Source: a virus
Taxonomy: Duplodnaviria; Caudoviricetes
DNA length: 32,645 nucleotides
IMG/VR virus record: IMGVR_UViG_3300017777_003146
Location: 1 to 32,645 of that record
Reading direction: 5' to 3' (one strand)
The position numbers and the translations under genes are program-made. Below the pieces are notes generated by a model. That model searched no databases. It saw only the letters and a program-made list of their open reading frames with translations, and was not told the origin of the DNA. This document shows positions 8,064 to 18,147 of this stretch, piece by piece. How positions within the stretch are numbered: position 1 is the first letter of the stretch; each line of letters opens with the position of its first letter.

Positions 8064-8234
8064 ATGGCAAAGAAACTAGGAAGTAAAACTACAGCTCGTG
8101 GATATAAAAAATTACAATGTAAATATTGTGATAATATCTGCGACCGAGTAGACATTAACGCTGACGCAATTACATGTAGTATTTGTGTCCAAAAAATGAC
8201 CGAAGGTGTAGTATTAGAACCACGTAAAAAATAG
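8064..8234 (+). CDS. Zn-ribbon microprotein (56 aa), not in the ORF track
   Basis: MAKKLGSKTTARGYKKLQCKYCDNICDRVDINADAITCSICVQKMTEGVVLEPRKK carries CxxC-x15-CxxC; packed 1-2 nt from both neighbours. Confidence 0.8.
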   Translation: MAKKLGSKTTARGYKKLQCKYCDNICDRVDINADAITCSICVQKMTEGVVLEPRKK

Positions 8235-8236
8235 TT

Positions 8237-9007
8237 ATGTTAGAAGCAGAAAAAATCAAAGAGAATTGGGAACGGTATCGCGAAATTGTTAATACTAGTT
8301 TTCCTACACGCAAAGATGCATTAAATAAAATGTATGATGAATTAGAAGACCGAATGGTATTTATGCCAGCTTCGTCAATGGAACATTTTCACAACGCATT
8401 TTCAGGAGGTTACGTAGATCATATACTTCGTGTAATTGAATGTACAGAAGCATTGTATTTTACTTGGACATCACAAGGTGCTGATATGTCAGGTTATACA
8501 AAGGAAGAAATGTTATTTGCAGCTATGCATCATGATTTAGGTAAAGTAGGGTTTCCAGGAGATGGTAATGAAGTATATCAGGTAGAAACATCAGATTGGC
8601 ATCGTAAAAATCAAGGTAAGTTATATAAAACTAATGCAAATATTCCTTTTGCAATGGTACCTGATCTTTCGATTTGGTTATTGCAAGAATATGGAGTTAA
8701 AGTATCTTGGAATGAATATCAAGCTATTAAGATCCATGACGGTATGTATGATGATGCAAATAAGCCTTATTTCGTTGCTAGATCAGCTCAAGCAAAATTA
8801 AAAACAAATTTACCAGTTATTTTACACCACGCAGATCATATGGCATCTATTATAGAATATGAGCGATGGAGAAATGGTAAACTTTCAACCCCAGTTGCGG
8901 ATAAAAGTAAAATACAAAAATCTAACGCATTAAAAAATTTATCAGAAAATAATCCAGACGTCGGAACTGCGATTGCTGATATATTTAGTGCATTTAACGT
9001 AGAATAA
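8237..9007 (+). CDS. HD-domain metal-dependent phosphohydrolase (YhaM-like HD domain)
   Basis: PAS-x4-HNAFSGGYVDH, HHDLGK, IKIHDG, LHHADHMAS. Confidence 0.85.
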   Translation: MLEAEKIKENWERYREIVNTSFPTRKDALNKMYDELEDRMVFMPASSMEHFHNAFSGGYVDHILRVIECTEALYFTWTSQGADMSGYTKEEMLFAAMHHDLGKVGFPGDGNEVYQVETSDWHRKNQGKLYKTNANIPFAMVPDLSIWLLQEYGVKVSWNEYQAIKIHDGMYDDANKPYFVARSAQAKLKTNLPVILHHADHMASIIEYERWRNGKLSTPVADKSKIQKSNALKNLSENNPDVGTAIADIFSAFNVE

Positions 9008-9009
9008 TT

Positions 9010-9306
9010 ATGATTGGATCAATAATATTAATACTATTGTTAACTGCGGCAGCAACGTATTTAACATTTAGAGCATGGGGTATAGCCGGTGCATTATCGG
9101 ATGCTCAAGAATACATTGAAGAATTAGAATTAACTAATGAATTCATGTATGGACAAATTGTCGATGCTTACGAAAAAATGCAAGAAATAGATCGTTTAGG
9201 AGCATTTGAGAAAGATGATGAAGCTGGTACTACGTTTCAAATGTTAAATCAAGTAATAATAACACTTAAAACACAATTTGATGGTGAAGAAAGCCAAGAA
9301 AAGTAA
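9010..9306 (+). CDS. Membrane-anchored coiled-coil protein
   Basis: Hydrophobic N-terminus MIGSIILILLLTAAATYLTF followed by an acidic helical region. Confidence 0.75.
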   Translation: MIGSIILILLLTAAATYLTFRAWGIAGALSDAQEYIEELELTNEFMYGQIVDAYEKMQEIDRLGAFEKDDEAGTTFQMLNQVIITLKTQFDGEESQEK

Positions 9307-9979
9307 TATATATTTTACAAAAATAACCGAATTGGCTATTATTGGTTATAATAAAACAGATAATCCAATTCGACGAGAAAGGATATATAGAAGATTTATA
9401 TATCCAGCATTTATGAAGTTAGCAGAAAATACTATTAATAAAATTAAACCAGATTATATTCATTCTACATTTGGTGATTTACAAACTGATTTAGTTACGC
9501 ATTTAACTCAAGGTTTGTCTAAATTTAATTCTAAAAATGGAAAAGCATATTCTTATTATACAAGATCATCATTTAATTATTTAATAGGCGAAAATGATAA
9601 AGCATATAAAAAATTAAAGAAAGATGCAATTGAATTAGACATCGATGAACAACGAAACGTATTAATTGAAGAACATAATTCTGAAATGCGTTTAGTATTA
9701 AAAGAATTCATGGATGCGTATATAGAATATTGTTATGATAATTTAAATTTTATTTTTACAAAACAAGAAGACATTCAAGTTGCCGATTCATTACTTCACA
9801 TATTCGAATCTCGAGAAGTAATTGAAGATTTTAACAAAAAAGCATTGTATATATTTGTTCGCGAAAGAACAGGCTTAATTACTAATAACATTACGAGAGT
9901 AGTTAAAGTATTAAAAGACATATACGAAATCAATTTTAAAAAGTACGAACGTAATAACTTCATAAATTTGCCGTTTTAA
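9278..9979 (+). CDS. Phage sigma factor, T4 gp55-like late transcription sigma
   Basis: Sigma region-2-like pattern PAFMKLAENTI...DLQTDLVTHL...LSKFNSKNGKAYSYYTRSSFNYLI resembles the gp55-type AFAYFT motif; sits directly before the structural module. Confidence 0.7.
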   Translation: MMVKKAKKSNIYFTKITELAIIGYNKTDNPIRRERIYRRFIYPAFMKLAENTINKIKPDYIHSTFGDLQTDLVTHLTQGLSKFNSKNGKAYSYYTRSSFNYLIGENDKAYKKLKKDAIELDIDEQRNVLIEEHNSEMRLVLKEFMDAYIEYCYDNLNFIFTKQEDIQVADSLLHIFESREVIEDFNKKALYIFVRERTGLITNNITRVVKVLKDIYEINFKKYERNNFINLPF

Positions 9980-9987
9980 TATTTATA
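9979..9987 (+). promoter_or_regulatory. Putative late promoter ATATTTATA heading the baseplate operon
   Basis: Recurrent motif, 13 nt before ATG 10001. Confidence 0.7.
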
Positions 9988-10000
9988 TGTAAAAGAACAT

Positions 10001-10414
10001 ATGGATAAAGACTCGGAATTATTTAAAAATATATCATTTGCTGATTTAATGTCTGACGTGTATCATAATAGTAAAAAGATGGCACGTCAGATTAATCAGC
10101 TAATCAATCAGTTGCAGCCATTAATTAAAAATGCTTCCGACGCAACTGTAATTGTTCCATTAATTAAAGAATATCTAGACGTAGCAGTTAAAAACGATGA
10201 CCAATTGGTTAAGTTAACTGCTATTGTTCAACGATACATTTCAACTAAACAGACGATATCTGGCGATGATGGTTTATTAAGCGCTGAAGAAAAAGAAGAA
10301 TTATTGCGTATTGCAGATTCTACGTTTTCTACAGAATTAGAATCTGAAATTACTAAATTAAATTCTGAAGCTGCTACAATTAAAGAAACTATTCTTAAAC
10401 GAGATGAACAATGA
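10001..10414 (+). CDS. Hypothetical helical protein
   Basis: 137 aa; ATGA overlap with the next gene. Confidence 0.8.
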   Translation: MDKDSELFKNISFADLMSDVYHNSKKMARQINQLINQLQPLIKNASDATVIVPLIKEYLDVAVKNDDQLVKLTAIVQRYISTKQTISGDDGLLSAEEKEELLRIADSTFSTELESEITKLNSEAATIKETILKRDEQ

Positions 10415-11427
10415 ATAATGAAGCAAATGTAAATAATATTAATCTGTGTGTAGCTGAAGTTATTGATTCTGCACCATTAGATACGTATAAGTATAGTCAA
10501 AATTATTATAATTTATTTTCTATTACGGCACGAATCGATGGGTATGTGAATAAGCCGGTAATAACTGCTAAGCCAGCAAATGCCAACATGAAAAAAATAC
10601 CATTAATTGGAGAAATGATTTTATTATTCCAATTAAAAAGTAGTGTACCATCAAATGAAACGTATGGACAAAATCAATGGTATTATTTAACAACGATAGA
10701 CATTGTTTCATCAGTTAATCACAATGTATTAACCGGATATACCAGCAACGAAGAACAACAACAACAAGTTGGTAAATCTTTTACTGAAAAATCAATTTCA
10801 CCAATTCAACCATATGAAGGTGATGTTATTCTAGAGGGTAGATTTGGTAATAGTATTCGTTTTAGCAGCATCGTGCAAGGAGGATCATTATACACAATAT
10901 CACAACAAAGCAAAATTAGTGGAGAACCTGGCGATCCTATAATTATGTTATCTAATGGTCGTAACAATAAACCAGCAAAAGAATTTATACATGAAGACAT
11001 CCAATTAGATGCATCTAGTTTGTATTTAACATCTAAACAATCAATACCTGGATTAAAATTAAGTTATCCATTAACAAAGGGTGGTCCAGCTGCGTCATTT
11101 AATAAGTCTCAATTAATCGGTGTAGCAGATCGAATTGTATTGTCTGCAAAAACCGATGTTGCGGTAATTGATGCTAAATTAGGAATTGAAATTAATTCGT
11201 CTGATATCAGATTTGGCCAATCTACTACCAAAGAACCTATGTTACAAAGCACAGCTGTTTTAGAATTATTACAGATTATCATACGAACAATTCAATGTGG
11301 GTTTAAAGATTCTAGTGGTATAATTTGTACACCAATAAATAAAGAATTAAACAATACCGGAAATATTACTAAATTATTTAAAGAATCTATTAACAAAAGA
11401 ATGTTAATGGATGTCTGGAAAGCATAA
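10411..11427 (+). CDS. Putative baseplate hub/spike protein (gp5/gpV-like OB-fold N-terminus)
   Basis: IPLIGEMILL OB-fold-type motif; EGDVILEGRFGNSIRF; position upstream of gp25/gp6. Confidence 0.55.
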   Translation: MNNEANVNNINLCVAEVIDSAPLDTYKYSQNYYNLFSITARIDGYVNKPVITAKPANANMKKIPLIGEMILLFQLKSSVPSNETYGQNQWYYLTTIDIVSSVNHNVLTGYTSNEEQQQQVGKSFTEKSISPIQPYEGDVILEGRFGNSIRFSSIVQGGSLYTISQQSKISGEPGDPIIMLSNGRNNKPAKEFIHEDIQLDASSLYLTSKQSIPGLKLSYPLTKGGPAASFNKSQLIGVADRIVLSAKTDVAVIDAKLGIEINSSDIRFGQSTTKEPMLQSTAVLELLQIIIRTIQCGFKDSSGIICTPINKELNNTGNITKLFKESINKRMLMDVWKA

Positions 11428-11430
11428 GTT

Positions 11431-12627
11431 ATGGCGTTAGGAACAGGAATTCCGGCAAAGGCAGTAGAAAAAATTATACCACTATTAGTTAAACAAATGA
11501 AAGGTTTGAGTAAACTAATTGGTAAATTAAAACAATCAATTGCTTCAATACCACCGGGAGCTAAATGTAATGATCCTTCTATTAAACAATTAAAAAAGAA
11601 TCTAGAAAAACTAAAAAAATTAATTGCTAATATACGTAAAATTTTAAAAAGTTTAGATAAGATTAGAAAAGCTATTAATATTGCTGCGGGTATCGCAGCT
11701 GCAATTTCTATTGTACAATTAATTATTCCATTACCACCATTTGCACCACCAGGCCCGATTGCTAAATTAATAAAAATTGTAGGTGATCTAGCTTCTAACT
11801 GTAAATCTGCGGTACTAGCATTAGCAGGAATATTAGCTGCAGCTGATTTAATAATATCATTAGCCGATGTTGTTTTAGCTGATGCACTAAAGGAAATTAG
11901 TAATAAATGTCCAAATGAAGCAATTCAAGCAAATGCAAGTACAGCTCAAAAAATTGCGGATGATGTTAATCAAAATTTAATTGACCAAGGAGTAATAGAT
12001 TCAAATTCAATATCTAATAACAGCGGAATTAATGGAAATGGAGATTTAGCAGGTGCTGATGGTGCAATAACTTCAGTTGACAAAAATCGTGGTGTTGTTG
12101 CGTCACCTAGATCTGCTAATATATTTACAAAAGTACCATCGGTTACGGATGGTAATGGGAATGGCGCTTCTTTTGATATAACTATAATTAACAATCAATA
12201 TTCATCAATTAACGTTAATGATGCTGGATCTGGGTATGAAGAAAATGATCAGATAATTATTAGAGGTAATTTATTAGGAGGTACTAGTCCAGCAAATGAT
12301 TTATCTTTGAGTGCAACGGGAGTATACCAACAATCAACAAATGGATTAATATCTAGATTAGGTCAATATGATAGTATATTTTATACTAAGTATAATGTAG
12401 ATGGCGAAGATTTAGTAAAATTGGAAGATGATGTTAATGATTTAGTTGATGAAGCTAGAAATATATTAACTAACTTAATAGAAGCGCCATCTAGAGCATA
12501 TATTGAATTTACGCCACCATCTGCTAAGGTTGGTTATGAAGGTGATTATTATATAGATTTAACTAATCAACTTGTATATGGACCAAAACCGTCTGATGAA
12601 TCGTGGGGACAAGGATCAATTTATTAA
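11431..12627 (+). CDS. Putative baseplate-associated structural protein with a basic/hydrophobic helical N-half and a beta-rich C-half
   Basis: Hydrophobic segments AINIAAGIAAAISIVQLII and AVLALAGILAAADLIISLA; I-x-V-x-x-AGSGY...GNLLGG..PANDL virion-type motif; C-terminal GYEGDYYIDL...YGPK. Confidence 0.6.
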   Translation: MALGTGIPAKAVEKIIPLLVKQMKGLSKLIGKLKQSIASIPPGAKCNDPSIKQLKKNLEKLKKLIANIRKILKSLDKIRKAINIAAGIAAAISIVQLIIPLPPFAPPGPIAKLIKIVGDLASNCKSAVLALAGILAAADLIISLADVVLADALKEISNKCPNEAIQANASTAQKIADDVNQNLIDQGVIDSNSISNNSGINGNGDLAGADGAITSVDKNRGVVASPRSANIFTKVPSVTDGNGNGASFDITIINNQYSSINVNDAGSGYEENDQIIIRGNLLGGTSPANDLSLSATGVYQQSTNGLISRLGQYDSIFYTKYNVDGEDLVKLEDDVNDLVDEARNILTNLIEAPSRAYIEFTPPSAKVGYEGDYYIDLTNQLVYGPKPSDESWGQGSIY

Positions 12628-12634
12628 AACTATA

Positions 12635-12643
12635 ATATTTATA
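12635..12643 (+). promoter_or_regulatory. Putative late promoter ATATTTATA
   Basis: Recurrent motif, 22 nt before ATG 12666. Confidence 0.7.
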
Positions 12644-12665
12644 ATAAATAATAATATAATACATT

Positions 12666-13172
12666 ATGAATTCAAAACAGTTAATAGGTTTGTTAAAACA
12701 AGCAGTACGAGAGGTTGTTAAAGAAGAATTAACAGAAATTCTTCGCGAAGGTTTACAATCTACAATTACGGAGATGAAACAGCCTAAGTTTAATGCAACT
12801 AAACAAACGTCGAAATCCGAAACAGTACGTGTTGCACCAAAAATGGTTTCAGAATCTGGTAAGAAATCTAAAGTACAATTTACTGACAATAAATGGGCAT
12901 CGATTCTCAATCAAACAGATATGCTAGTAGAATCAAGTACTACTAGTTATTCTGATTTAATGAATGATGAATATGAAACTATGAGTTTTAATTCACGCGA
13001 TGCACAAGGATTTGGTATGACTCGTCAAAATGCAAAATCTACCACATCATCTCCTGCGGTAATGGAAGATCCGGAAACTGGTAAGGTATATGAAGTGGCA
13101 CCAGAAGTGCAACAAGCATTAACACGTGATTATTCGGCATTAATGTCGGCTATAAATAAAAAGAAAGGCTAA
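12666..13172 (+). CDS. Hypothetical protein in the baseplate operon
   Basis: N-terminal amphipathic helix LLKQAVREVVKEELTEIL; C-terminal ALTRDYSALM. Confidence 0.8.
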   Translation: MNSKQLIGLLKQAVREVVKEELTEILREGLQSTITEMKQPKFNATKQTSKSETVRVAPKMVSESGKKSKVQFTDNKWASILNQTDMLVESSTTSYSDLMNDEYETMSFNSRDAQGFGMTRQNAKSTTSSPAVMEDPETGKVYEVAPEVQQALTRDYSALMSAINKKKG

Positions 13173-13175
13173 TTC

Positions 13176-13622
13176 ATGGGATATGAAATAATATCGTCAG
13201 CTGACGCAGTTACTGATAGTAATGCAATATATGGTATCGATTTTAAATTCAATACGTCTGGTGTATTTGAACCGATGAAAACAACAATTAAACAAGTACG
13301 TGCTAATTTAAAAAATTTATTATTAACACAACTTGGCGAACGATATTTTTTGCCCGAATTTGGATCTGAACTTCTAGAAGTATTATTTCAGCCAAATACC
13401 GATGAATTAAAACCTATTATACAAGATATAATATTTCGTTCCGTACAAAAATGGCTGCCATATTTAGGTGTTAATGTTGATATTACTACTGCAGATGATG
13501 ACCCTAGATTAACAGATGCGGTTCGTGTTACGGTTCGCGGGTTTGTAGATGATCTTACATTAGATCCAATCGTAATATTTGCATCACCAGATGGATTAAC
13601 AGTAACCGGGGATAGTAATTAA
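13176..13622 (+). CDS. Baseplate wedge subunit, gp25/GPW-like
   Basis: LKNLLLTQLGERYFLPEFGSELLEVLFQP...VQKWLPY is the gp25 signature. Confidence 0.9.
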   Translation: MGYEIISSADAVTDSNAIYGIDFKFNTSGVFEPMKTTIKQVRANLKNLLLTQLGERYFLPEFGSELLEVLFQPNTDELKPIIQDIIFRSVQKWLPYLGVNVDITTADDDPRLTDAVRVTVRGFVDDLTLDPIVIFASPDGLTVTGDSN

Positions 13623-13636
13623 TATAGACAATTATC

Positions 13637-15514
13637 ATGGCAAACACAATAAAAGATATTTCATATTTATCAAAAGACTTCGGTCAGTTTAGAAAAAACT
13701 TAATAGATTTTACTAAACAATATTTTCCAACTACATATACAGATTTTAATGAATCATCACCTGGTATGTTATTTTTGGAAATGGCTTCATACATTGGAGA
13801 TGTTTTAAGTTATTACGCTGATAATAATTTAAAAGAATCATTTTTACATCAAGCAGAAGAACGAGGAAATATATTTGATATAGCAAGGATGTTAGGATAT
13901 AGCGTAAAAAACGTAGTACCAGCATCCGTAACATTAGATATATTTCAATTAATACCAGCAATTGGATCGGGAAATAATGTACGACCAGATTATGATTATG
14001 CATTATCTATAAAACCAGGTATGATTGTTAAACAACAATCTGGTCCTGCAAAATTTAGAGCATTAGATTCTGTTAATTTTGAGTTTTCATCATCATTTTC
14101 TCCAACTGAGGTTACGGTATATGAAGTTGATGATGTTACTAAATTACCTATTTATTATTTATTAAAGAAACAGGTTAAGGCTATTTCTGGTGATGTCAAA
14201 TCGACTACGTTTTCATTTACAGAACCAATACCATATGATAAAGTAGCTTTAACTGATAGTAATATAACAGAAATAATTTCTATTACCGAATCTGATGGTG
14301 ATTCGTGGTACGAAGTTCCATATTTAGCACAAGATAGTATATTTGAATCTATACCAAATTTAGTAGAGAATGATCCAGAATTATCACAATTTAGATCATC
14401 ATCTCCAAGTTTATTAAAATTAAGAAAAACATCGAAACGATTTGTAACTAGATTACGTAGTGATGGAAAAATGGAAATACAATTTGGTTCTGGTATATCT
14501 GATAATAATGATGAAGAAATAATACCAAACCCAGATAATGTTGGAAATGGTTTAGCTGGATTTAGAAGAGATATTGATTTAGATATTGATCCGTCAAATT
14601 TTTTATATACAAGAACATATGGACAAGCACCGTCAAATACTACATTAACTATTACATATGCGGTTGGTAATGGTATTTCTGATAATGTATTATCTGGAAC
14701 ATTAACTGAAATTGATAAAATTAATTTCATTGAAGATATCAATTCTACAACCGCGATTCCTATGGTTAATTTTGTTAAACAGTCAATAACTGTTAATAAT
14801 TCTACACCAGCTGTAGGAGCAAAAACAGTAGATTCTGCGGAAGATGTAAAAAATAGTGCAATGGCAAATTTTGCAACTCAAAATCGATTAGTAACACGTG
14901 AAGATTATATTATACGTTGTTATTCAATGCCTTCCAAATTTGGAAGTATCGCAAAAGCATATATTGTACCAGATGATCAATTAACTCAAAATACGAGAGA
15001 TAGAATTGCAAATCCGTTAGCAATGAATTTATATGTTTTAGGTTATAATGAAAATAAACAATTAGTTGATTTAAACCAAGCAATTAAAGAAAATTTAAAA
15101 ACATATTTAGGAAATTATCGTATGTTAACAGATGCAGTAAATATTAAAGATGCATTTGTTATTAATATTGGTATTGAATTTCAAATTACTATATTACCTA
15201 ACTATAATGGTAATGATGTTTTGCTTCGTTGTATCAATGAATTAAAAAAATATTTTAATATTGATAAATGGCAAATTAACCAACCCGTATTAACATATGA
15301 TGTTATTAATATAATAGGAAATATAAAAGGAGTTCAATCTGTTATGAATGTTACATATAAAAATTTATATGATGCTGATAAAGGATATTCTGGTAATGCT
15401 TATAATTTAGTTTCTGCAACAAAAAAGGGAATAATTTATCCTAGTTTAGATCCTAGTATTTTTGAAGTTAAGTTTCCAAATTCAGATATCACAGGACAAG
15501 TCGTAACTTATTAA
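13637..15514 (+). CDS. Baseplate wedge protein, T4 gp6-like
   Basis: KDFGQFRKNLIDF, YTDFNESSPGMLFLEMASYIGDVLSYY, IQFGSG, QNRLVTREDY; follows gp25. Confidence 0.9.
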   Translation: MANTIKDISYLSKDFGQFRKNLIDFTKQYFPTTYTDFNESSPGMLFLEMASYIGDVLSYYADNNLKESFLHQAEERGNIFDIARMLGYSVKNVVPASVTLDIFQLIPAIGSGNNVRPDYDYALSIKPGMIVKQQSGPAKFRALDSVNFEFSSSFSPTEVTVYEVDDVTKLPIYYLLKKQVKAISGDVKSTTFSFTEPIPYDKVALTDSNITEIISITESDGDSWYEVPYLAQDSIFESIPNLVENDPELSQFRSSSPSLLKLRKTSKRFVTRLRSDGKMEIQFGSGISDNNDEEIIPNPDNVGNGLAGFRRDIDLDIDPSNFLYTRTYGQAPSNTTLTITYAVGNGISDNVLSGTLTEIDKINFIEDINSTTAIPMVNFVKQSITVNNSTPAVGAKTVDSAEDVKNSAMANFATQNRLVTREDYIIRCYSMPSKFGSIAKAYIVPDDQLTQNTRDRIANPLAMNLYVLGYNENKQLVDLNQAIKENLKTYLGNYRMLTDAVNIKDAFVINIGIEFQITILPNYNGNDVLLRCINELKKYFNIDKWQINQPVLTYDVINIIGNIKGVQSVMNVTYKNLYDADKGYSGNAYNLVSATKKGIIYPSLDPSIFEVKFPNSDITGQVVTY

Positions 15515-15520
15515 TTCCTT

Positions 15521-15561
15521 ATATTTATAATAGAAATAGTTACCTCGATATTCGGGGTAAC
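15521..15561 (+). promoter_or_regulatory. ATATTTATA motif followed by a 10-bp hairpin GTTACCTCGA-TAT-TCGGGGTAAC (15539-15561)
   Basis: GC-rich inverted repeat (one G-U pair) in the intergenic gap. Confidence 0.7.
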
Positions 15562-15583
15562 GTTCTTATATAAGGAAACAACA

Positions 15584-16732
15584 ATGTTTAGAATATTCTA
15601 TTCACAAAAAGATGCAATATTATATGAAGGAATACCTGAAACAAATACAGGTATTGATGAAGTTTTAGAAATCGGTAAACGATATGGTACAGATGGCGAA
15701 ACATTAAAAAAATCCAGATCTGTTATCAAATTTGATATGAATGAAATATCTGGGTCTTTATCTAAATATAATAAATCAGTTAATGATTGCAAATTCTTAT
15801 TAAAATTATATACAACGAATGCAACTTCACTGCCTACTAGTTATACCATAACTACAAATGTACTAGGACAAGATTGGGATAATGGTACTGGGTATTTAAA
15901 TTCTGAAAATATTATAGAAAATGGTGTAACATGGAATTATGCTAAATCTGGATCTAATTGGATTTCTGGTAGTCAGAATATACAATTCGGTAGTAGTTCA
16001 TTTTATATAGTAGGATCGGGTAAAGGTGGTAGTTGGTTATCTGGATCTTCTAACACTGCTACATATTATGATCAAACGTTTTCTATAGAAAATGGATTTA
16101 TTAATAATGTTTCTGAATCATTACAACCTACTGATATACATATCAATGTAACAGATGCTGTAAAAATGTGGATTTCTGGTAGTGGCGGTCAATCTATTGC
16201 AAATCATGGATTTTTATTAAGATTTTCTGATGCTGATGAGTCAAATGGTAATGTACTAGGATATATACGTTATTTTAGTAGAGATAGTCATACGGTATAT
16301 GTCCCTAGATTAATAATGTACTGGGATAACAGCACATTTACAACAGGATCTCTTACTGCAGTAAATACTGAATCATATATAACATACTGCAATATAAAAG
16401 AACAATATAAAGATAATGAGGTTGCAAAGATTAGAATTTATTCGAGAGATAAATATCCTAGAAAATCTCCAACTAATTTATTTCCATATCAAACAGTAAA
16501 ATATTTGCCTAGCGCTTCATATTACACAGTATTAGATGCCGCTACAGATGAAACGATAATTCCATATGATAATATTTATACTAAAATAAGTTGCGATTCA
16601 ACAAGTAGTTTCATTCATTTAGATTTTAACGGATTTATGCCAGAACGTAGATATCGTTTAGAATTTAAAATAGTAGATGGATTTACCGAGCAATATGTAA
16701 CAGATTCAGTTTATTTTAAAGTTGTAAGATAG
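15584..16732 (+). CDS. Virion structural protein (DNRLRE-like beta-sandwich)
   Basis: KDAILYE..P.TNTG.DE.LEI, SRSVIKFD, W.NGTG, INVTDAVKMW...NHGFLL, PRL...WD. Confidence 0.6.
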   Translation: MFRIFYSQKDAILYEGIPETNTGIDEVLEIGKRYGTDGETLKKSRSVIKFDMNEISGSLSKYNKSVNDCKFLLKLYTTNATSLPTSYTITTNVLGQDWDNGTGYLNSENIIENGVTWNYAKSGSNWISGSQNIQFGSSSFYIVGSGKGGSWLSGSSNTATYYDQTFSIENGFINNVSESLQPTDIHINVTDAVKMWISGSGGQSIANHGFLLRFSDADESNGNVLGYIRYFSRDSHTVYVPRLIMYWDNSTFTTGSLTAVNTESYITYCNIKEQYKDNEVAKIRIYSRDKYPRKSPTNLFPYQTVKYLPSASYYTVLDAATDETIIPYDNIYTKISCDSTSSFIHLDFNGFMPERRYRLEFKIVDGFTEQYVTDSVYFKVVR

Positions 16733-16733
16733 T

Positions 16734-18131
16734 ATGCCATTAGATCCAACATATTACATAAATAATTTATCAATAAAATCCGCAGATCCTAATTTAGTTT
16801 CTAGGAATGATGGTGGAAATTTAGTAGAAGTTAAAGATGAATTTTTATATATTGAGCCAATAACATATCAATATGTAAATTCAAACATTAATAATGTATT
16901 AACAACTAATTTTAGTTATTATAAATTTCCTTCTAGAATACTTGTCGTTGATGAAGTAGATGTAGATTCTATAACATTAGATGAATTAAACATATCTGAT
17001 GAACTTAATCAGCCTATAAAATCTAGATATAAATTAAATAAACAAGTAGTACCAAAATTATTATCAGAATCAGAAATATCTATTAGAATTAAAGATGGAA
17101 CGGTTGATGGAAATCGAGTAGAATTTTTACCAAATTCGACTACCACTACTAGAGATTCTAAAGTTGAATTATCAGTTCAAGAATTACAATTTGATACTAT
17201 ATTAGAGGGGACTCCGCAGTTAACAACAAACCGATTTACTGTAACTGAAGATGTGTTGAATTCAGGTAAAGATATACGATTTAAAGTTAAAATTTCTTTA
17301 CGATATACATCGGATAATATATATAATAATTATATTGCACGAGTAATACGAATTAATCCGGATACTTCATTGCCTTCTTTATTAGAAGAACGAACCTCAG
17401 CACCACTCATTACATCAGATAATACATCTAAAAATTACTTTTTACAAAAAGAAATTGCAGAAGATTCAATATACATAATTCAAAATTCAATTTCTAGAAT
17501 AAAAACTTCATATGATCAAAATAAACAACAATTAGATGCTGAAATAGAATTACAAGATGAAAAAATAATTAATTATGTAAATGGTGCAATTGGATCTAGT
17601 GTTTTAAGTAAGACTAATAACGAACCTCGTATATGGAATGCAATCGTATCGGAGAGAATAATAGGATTAGACCCAACCAAAAGTTTTGAAATCTCATCAA
17701 CATATGAAAGTTTAGTTCAAGCCCGAGAGAATCAAAGAAATTCTAAACTTACGATATTAAATCAACAAGCTCAACAGCTTCGCGAATTAAATGTAAAATT
17801 ACTAAATGAAAGTAATACATTACGAAATCTTAATATTAATATTTCTAATTTATTTGAGAATCTTAGTTTGTTAAATGGGGATTATGGTTATTTAAGTCAA
17901 ACGGATGGCCCATATTTAATCGAATTTGATTTAGTCATACGACGAGAAGATTTAAAATTAAATGATACATATGCTGTCGAATTTGTAAATGGGCCTATAG
18001 ATATTAGTTCCGGCGGAACCGAGCCAATATTTAATGATGATCAATCATATTGGTTAATTGAAGAAATTTCTGATGCGTCATTACAAGAGATTGAAAAAGA
18101 CATACAAATAAAACGAAATAAACTAAGATAA
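16734..18131 (+). CDS. Putative structural protein with an internal coiled coil
   Basis: 465 aa within the structural operon; Q/N/L heptad-like region near 17700-17880. Confidence 0.65.
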   Translation: MPLDPTYYINNLSIKSADPNLVSRNDGGNLVEVKDEFLYIEPITYQYVNSNINNVLTTNFSYYKFPSRILVVDEVDVDSITLDELNISDELNQPIKSRYKLNKQVVPKLLSESEISIRIKDGTVDGNRVEFLPNSTTTTRDSKVELSVQELQFDTILEGTPQLTTNRFTVTEDVLNSGKDIRFKVKISLRYTSDNIYNNYIARVIRINPDTSLPSLLEERTSAPLITSDNTSKNYFLQKEIAEDSIYIIQNSISRIKTSYDQNKQQLDAEIELQDEKIINYVNGAIGSSVLSKTNNEPRIWNAIVSERIIGLDPTKSFEISSTYESLVQARENQRNSKLTILNQQAQQLRELNVKLLNESNTLRNLNINISNLFENLSLLNGDYGYLSQTDGPYLIEFDLVIRREDLKLNDTYAVEFVNGPIDISSGGTEPIFNDDQSYWLIEEISDASLQEIEKDIQIKRNKLR

Positions 18132-18147
18132 TATAAAGTTATTAACG

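Noticed and set aside
9010-9306. Holin or spanin call for the membrane protein
   Set aside because: No adjacent lysin or lipoprotein partner; its context is the HD/sigma operon.
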